The position numbers and the translations under genes are program-made. This document shows positions 61,081 through 64,000 of a stretch of 64,000 nt of DNA, piece after piece. The stretch's first letter is position 1. The number at the start of each line of letters is the position of its first letter. The notes under the pieces were generated by a model. The model saw nothing but the letters and a program-made list of their open reading frames with translations. It searched no databases and was not told the DNA's origin. Origin of the DNA: an uncultured Chloroflexia bacterium (GTDB taxonomy: Bacteria > Chloroflexota > Limnocylindria > Limnocylindrales > CSP1-4); contig CAWHHF010000019.1 of NCBI GenBank assembly GCA_963829105.1, positions 8,549-72,548 on the forward strand. The letters run 5' to 3'.

Positions 61081-63360
61081 TCAGCTCGACGCGGGCCGCC
61101 GCGCCGGCGCCAAGCCGGGGAACGGCTCGAGCAGGCCCAGCTCAATCGCCCGCTGGACCGCCTCGCTGCGGCTCGATGCCCCGAGCTTGCCGTAGATCGA
61201 GATGGCCTGCGTCTTGACCGTGTGGCGCGAGAGAAACATGCGCTCGCCGATCTCGTTGAACGTCAGCGGCGTCGACAGGATCGGGAGCAGCCGGAGCTCC
61301 GCGGTGGACAACGCCGACGACCCGGCCAGGACGCTGGTGGCATCCCTGAGGCGCTCGCGCATCTCCGCAAGGCTCGCGTTGAGGGTGCCGAGGGCCGGGC
61401 GGCGGCGAGCGATCGCCTCCGCCTGGGAAACCACGTTCCGGGCGCCCGACGGATCGGCGATCGCCAGGTAGGCGCGCGCCAGCTCCAGCAGGGCGCCGAC
61501 CGCGAACGACGGCTGCGCGTGGCTGACGAGAGGGCAAACCAGCTGGGCGCGGACGAGCTCCTCGTGCGCACGTGCCGGGGCGCCACGGTGGATCGCGACG
61601 CGGGCCGCCACTGCGTGGGTCATGAGCGCGGCCGAGATGTTGCCGAGATGGGCGCGCGCGAGAACGCCATGGCTCTCGTGAGCGAACCGTCCTGCCGCGC
61701 TCCAGTCGCCCCTGGCGATCGCGAGGCTTGCACGGTTCGCCCAGGCGACCATCGCACCGGCCATCGCGCCGGCCTCGATGGCGTCCGCGAACGCCGCATC
61801 TGCCGCTGCGTCGTCGCCGAGCAGCGAGCGTGCCGACCCGAGCATCAGGAGGGCGTTCGTCCGCCACGGGCTGCCCGGCCCTTCTGCGGACACCGCGAAC
61901 GAGGCGTTGGCGAGCATGTCCTCCGGCCCATGCCGAGCCATGACGGCCCGAAGAAGCGCCCTCGACGACTCGAAGGACGCGGCGCCGTCACCCGGATCAC
62001 CGCTGAACGTCGACCGCTCGGCGATATTCGCCAGGTGCTCGGTGACGTCGGGCTTGCCGCTGAGGAGGTACATCCAGGCGCCGAGGATCGCCAGCGGTGG
62101 ATGCCGCATGAAGGCGGCGTCGTCGAAGACCCGGAGCCACCTGTCCAGCTTGTCGGCGTGTCCCCCGTAGAGTGCCCGCAGGAAGCCGGCGGTCACGAGA
62201 CCTGCCGCCGTGTCCAGGTCGCCACCCTGCAGCGCGTGCTCGATCGCGTGCTCGGTGCGGCCGCCGGCGGCGTACCACGACGAGGCCCGGCGGTGCAGCT
62301 CCGGCACCAGCTCCGGCTCCCGCCGGTCGAGCTCCGCCTGCAGGAACTCCCGCAACAGGTTGTGGTAGCGGTAGCCTCCCCCGGCTCCTCCGACCTCGCC
62401 GAGCAGCTGGTTGGCTCGCGCGAGCGACCGCAGCCGTGCTGCGGCGCAGGGCAGCCCGACCACCGCCTCCGCGACCTGCGGCTCGACCACCTCGAGGATC
62501 GAGCTTCGCGTGAGGAACGTGACGTCGTCGGCGGTCAGGTCAGGCAGCAATACGGACCGCAGGTAGTCGGCGATGTAGCCGTCGCGGCGCGAGGCATCGT
62601 CAGCCGCGCCCGCGGACGGTCCCAACCTCAGGCCAGCGAGCGTGGCGAGGTAGATGCCGGCGGCCCATCCCTCGGTGTGCTCCACCAGCGCTCGAACCTG
62701 GTCCGGGCTCAATCGATGACCGGCTGCGGACACGAGCGCCTGCGACTCGAGGAGGTCGAGGGCGAGGTCGTCCCGGCCGATCTCGAGCAGGTCCCCCCCT
62801 GCCCGGAGCCTCCCGTATGGCAGCCTCGGCATCGTCCGCGCCGCCATCGCCACCTGGAACCCGGGAGGGAGATGGTCCAGAAGCGCGCTCAGCGCGTCGA
62901 GACAGGTCCGGTCCACGAGACGATGGACGTCATCCAGCACCAGCAGGGCGGGCCGGCCGATCCGGTGCAGCTCGAACGCGAGACGGGGCACGGCGGCCGC
63001 GAGGATCCGGGACCCTGGCGTCAGGATTGCCGACCCGGTCGATCCGTTGACCGGCTCGATCCGGTCGATCGCTGCCGCGAGGTACGACAGAAAGATGCTC
63101 GGGACGTTGTCGAAGTCGTCGAGCGTCAGCCACGCGACGGGCCGGTCCTCGCGCGCGACCCATTCGGCGAGAAGCCGCGTCTTGCCGTACCCGGGCGGAG
63201 CGATGACCGAGACGAACGGCGGCCGCGGCTCGGCGGTCAGCAAACGGATGAGCCGGTCACGCGGGATCGTCCCCGGACGCGGCGCGGGCGGGTGGAGCTT
63301 CGCCTCGACAAGCGGGAAGGAAGGCTGGAAGCGCGGATGCACCTCGGCGTCCGATTGCAT
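61081..63360 (-). CDS. Large ATP-binding LuxR-family regulator (LAL/MalT-like)
   Basis: Walker A IAPPGYGKT, a long helical-repeat middle region, and a C-terminal LuxR HTH LSTAELRLLPILSTPLTFNEIGERMFLSRHTVKTQAISIYGKLG. The start is uncertain (63360 to 63447). Confidence 0.85.
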   Translation of the reverse strand: MQSDAEVHPRFQPSFPLVEAKLHPPAPRPGTIPRDRLIRLLTAEPRPPFVSVIAPPGYGKTRLLAEWVAREDRPVAWLTLDDFDNVPSIFLSYLAAAIDRIEPVNGSTGSAILTPGSRILAAAVPRLAFELHRIGRPALLVLDDVHRLVDRTCLDALSALLDHLPPGFQVAMAARTMPRLPYGRLRAGGDLLEIGRDDLALDLLESQALVSAAGHRLSPDQVRALVEHTEGWAAGIYLATLAGLRLGPSAGAADDASRRDGYIADYLRSVLLPDLTADDVTFLTRSSILEVVEPQVAEAVVGLPCAAARLRSLARANQLLGEVGGAGGGYRYHNLLREFLQAELDRREPELVPELHRRASSWYAAGGRTEHAIEHALQGGDLDTAAGLVTAGFLRALYGGHADKLDRWLRVFDDAAFMRHPPLAILGAWMYLLSGKPDVTEHLANIAERSTFSGDPGDGAASFESSRALLRAVMARHGPEDMLANASFAVSAEGPGSPWRTNALLMLGSARSLLGDDAAADAAFADAIEAGAMAGAMVAWANRASLAIARGDWSAAGRFAHESHGVLARAHLGNISAALMTHAVAARVAIHRGAPARAHEELVRAQLVCPLVSHAQPSFAVGALLELARAYLAIADPSGARNVVSQAEAIARRRPALGTLNASLAEMRERLRDATSVLAGSSALSTAELRLLPILSTPLTFNEIGERMFLSRHTVKTQAISIYGKLGASSRSEAVQRAIELGLLEPFPGLAPARRPASS

Positions 63361-63495
63361 GCCCGGCGCCCGGCGCGGCGCGTGACGGGTGGCGACGGTC
63401 CTGGTCCTCGCTGCGGGCATGGCCGACTGGTGTCGGGCATTCACCATACACGCGGGTGGCTGGCCGGACGACGTTCCCGGGTGGTCGCGGGCGCC

Positions 63496-63894
63496 TCAGG
63501 GGGGTCCCGGCGGCCCGGTGACGCCGTGATCGGATGCGTCGTTCTGCTCCAGGGCGGTCTCCACGTCGTAGCCCGCGGCCAGCGCGATCCTCGGGGCCGC
63601 CGAGATGACGCGCGCCGATCCCACTTCGCCGGCGACGGCCACGACGACGGCCAGGACGTCCTCGAAGTCCACCCCGGCCCGCTGAGCCGCGCCAACCGCG
63701 ACCAGGTACGAGGACTGCGAGGCGTCGAGCGCGATGAGGGCCCCGATCCGGAGGAGCGTCTCGGTGCGCTCGTCGAGCCGGCGGAGGCGGGGACCATGGC
63801 AGTCGAAATCACGCTGGCCGGCGTCCGACAACGCCGCGATCGACATCAGATCCCCGATCGTGAGCCGGCGGAATATCTCCTCGGCGGACTGCAT
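63496..63894 (-). CDS. Carboxymuconolactone decarboxylase (AhpD-like) family protein
   Basis: LDERTETLLRIGALIALDAS...VAVAGEVGSARVISAAPRIALAAGYD. Confidence 0.7.
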   Translation of the reverse strand: MQSAEEIFRRLTIGDLMSIAALSDAGQRDFDCHGPRLRRLDERTETLLRIGALIALDASQSSYLVAVGAAQRAGVDFEDVLAVVVAVAGEVGSARVISAAPRIALAAGYDVETALEQNDASDHGVTGPPGPP

Positions 63895-63941
63895 GACTCG
63901 ACCCGCTAGCGATCCGAACGGCAGTGACGGACCGCCACCGC

Positions 63942-64000
63942 CTACAAGCCCTCGTGGTGCTCGGCGATGGGCAGGCCCACCTCCTTCCAGGCGGTGATCC
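63942..64000 (-). CDS. 3' end of an unidentified gene (rhodanese-like ending?)
   Basis: Minus-strand reading ...ITAWKEVGLPIAEHHEGL-stop. Only 19 codons are visible. Confidence 0.25.
   Translation of the reverse strand, partial: ITAWKEVGLPIAEHHEGL

Noticed and set aside
61075-63909. 944-aa ORF on the plus strand
   Set aside because: It is antisense to the LuxR-LAL and CMD genes, with low-complexity Arg/Gly/Asp composition.
1-64000. Mobile elements, prophage, or a defence island
   Set aside because: I recognised no transposase, integrase, recombinase, phage structural, restriction-modification, Cas or toxin-antitoxin signatures in any frame. The LuxR-LAL ATPase has a standard regulator architecture (Walker A, helical repeats, LuxR HTH).

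Overview
Very GC-rich bacterial chromosomal window; GC content was judged by eye, not computed. It has frequent GTG starts, GGAGG-type ribosome-binding sites, many 4-nt ATGA/GTGA start-stop overlaps and at least one apparently leaderless gene. This fits an actinobacterium or a related high-GC Terrabacteria lineage, but the taxon cannot be determined from this window. I call about 70 protein-coding or pseudogene features. I saw no rRNA, tRNA, CRISPR array, transposase, integrase or prophage gene. Recognisable content: a Fur-family regulator divergent from a CbiM(N)QO-type Ni/Co ECF importer plus peptide deformylase; a modA-modB locus with a MerR-TOBE regulator but no modC; ptsH-ptsI; tatA; a BNR/sialidase-like exoprotein; a YcaQ/AlkZ-like glycosylase; csbD/glsB-type small stress proteins; several ABC-2 exporters; two MFS transporters; a non-Pyl MttB-family methyltransferase; NhaP; ettA; OsmC; a SulP transporter; zwf with a CoA-disulfide-reductase-rhodanese gene; a GH13 enzyme; and a large LuxR (LAL) regulator. 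Most interesting observations: (1) a four-gene cassette (52766-55263) of DUF1269-type paralogues that also encodes a polybasic repeat peptide and a polyacidic tail with an exact 18-residue period; (2) a 21-bp palindrome, GTCATGACGGnCCGTCATGAC, found five times in intergenic DNA upstream of small stress/membrane genes between 27.4 and 35.5 kb; (3) an orphan split cytochrome b6-like pair with no Rieske or cytochrome c partner; (4) a His-rich tail on the ECF ATPase, with def co-transcribed; (5) a fusion of a degenerate ADP-ribosylglycohydrolase-like domain to a CX5R phosphatase; (6) many 12-27 bp tandem duplications, three of which include a stop codon; (7) several gene-decay scars. All family assignments come from reading motifs in the supplied translations. 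No database search was run.
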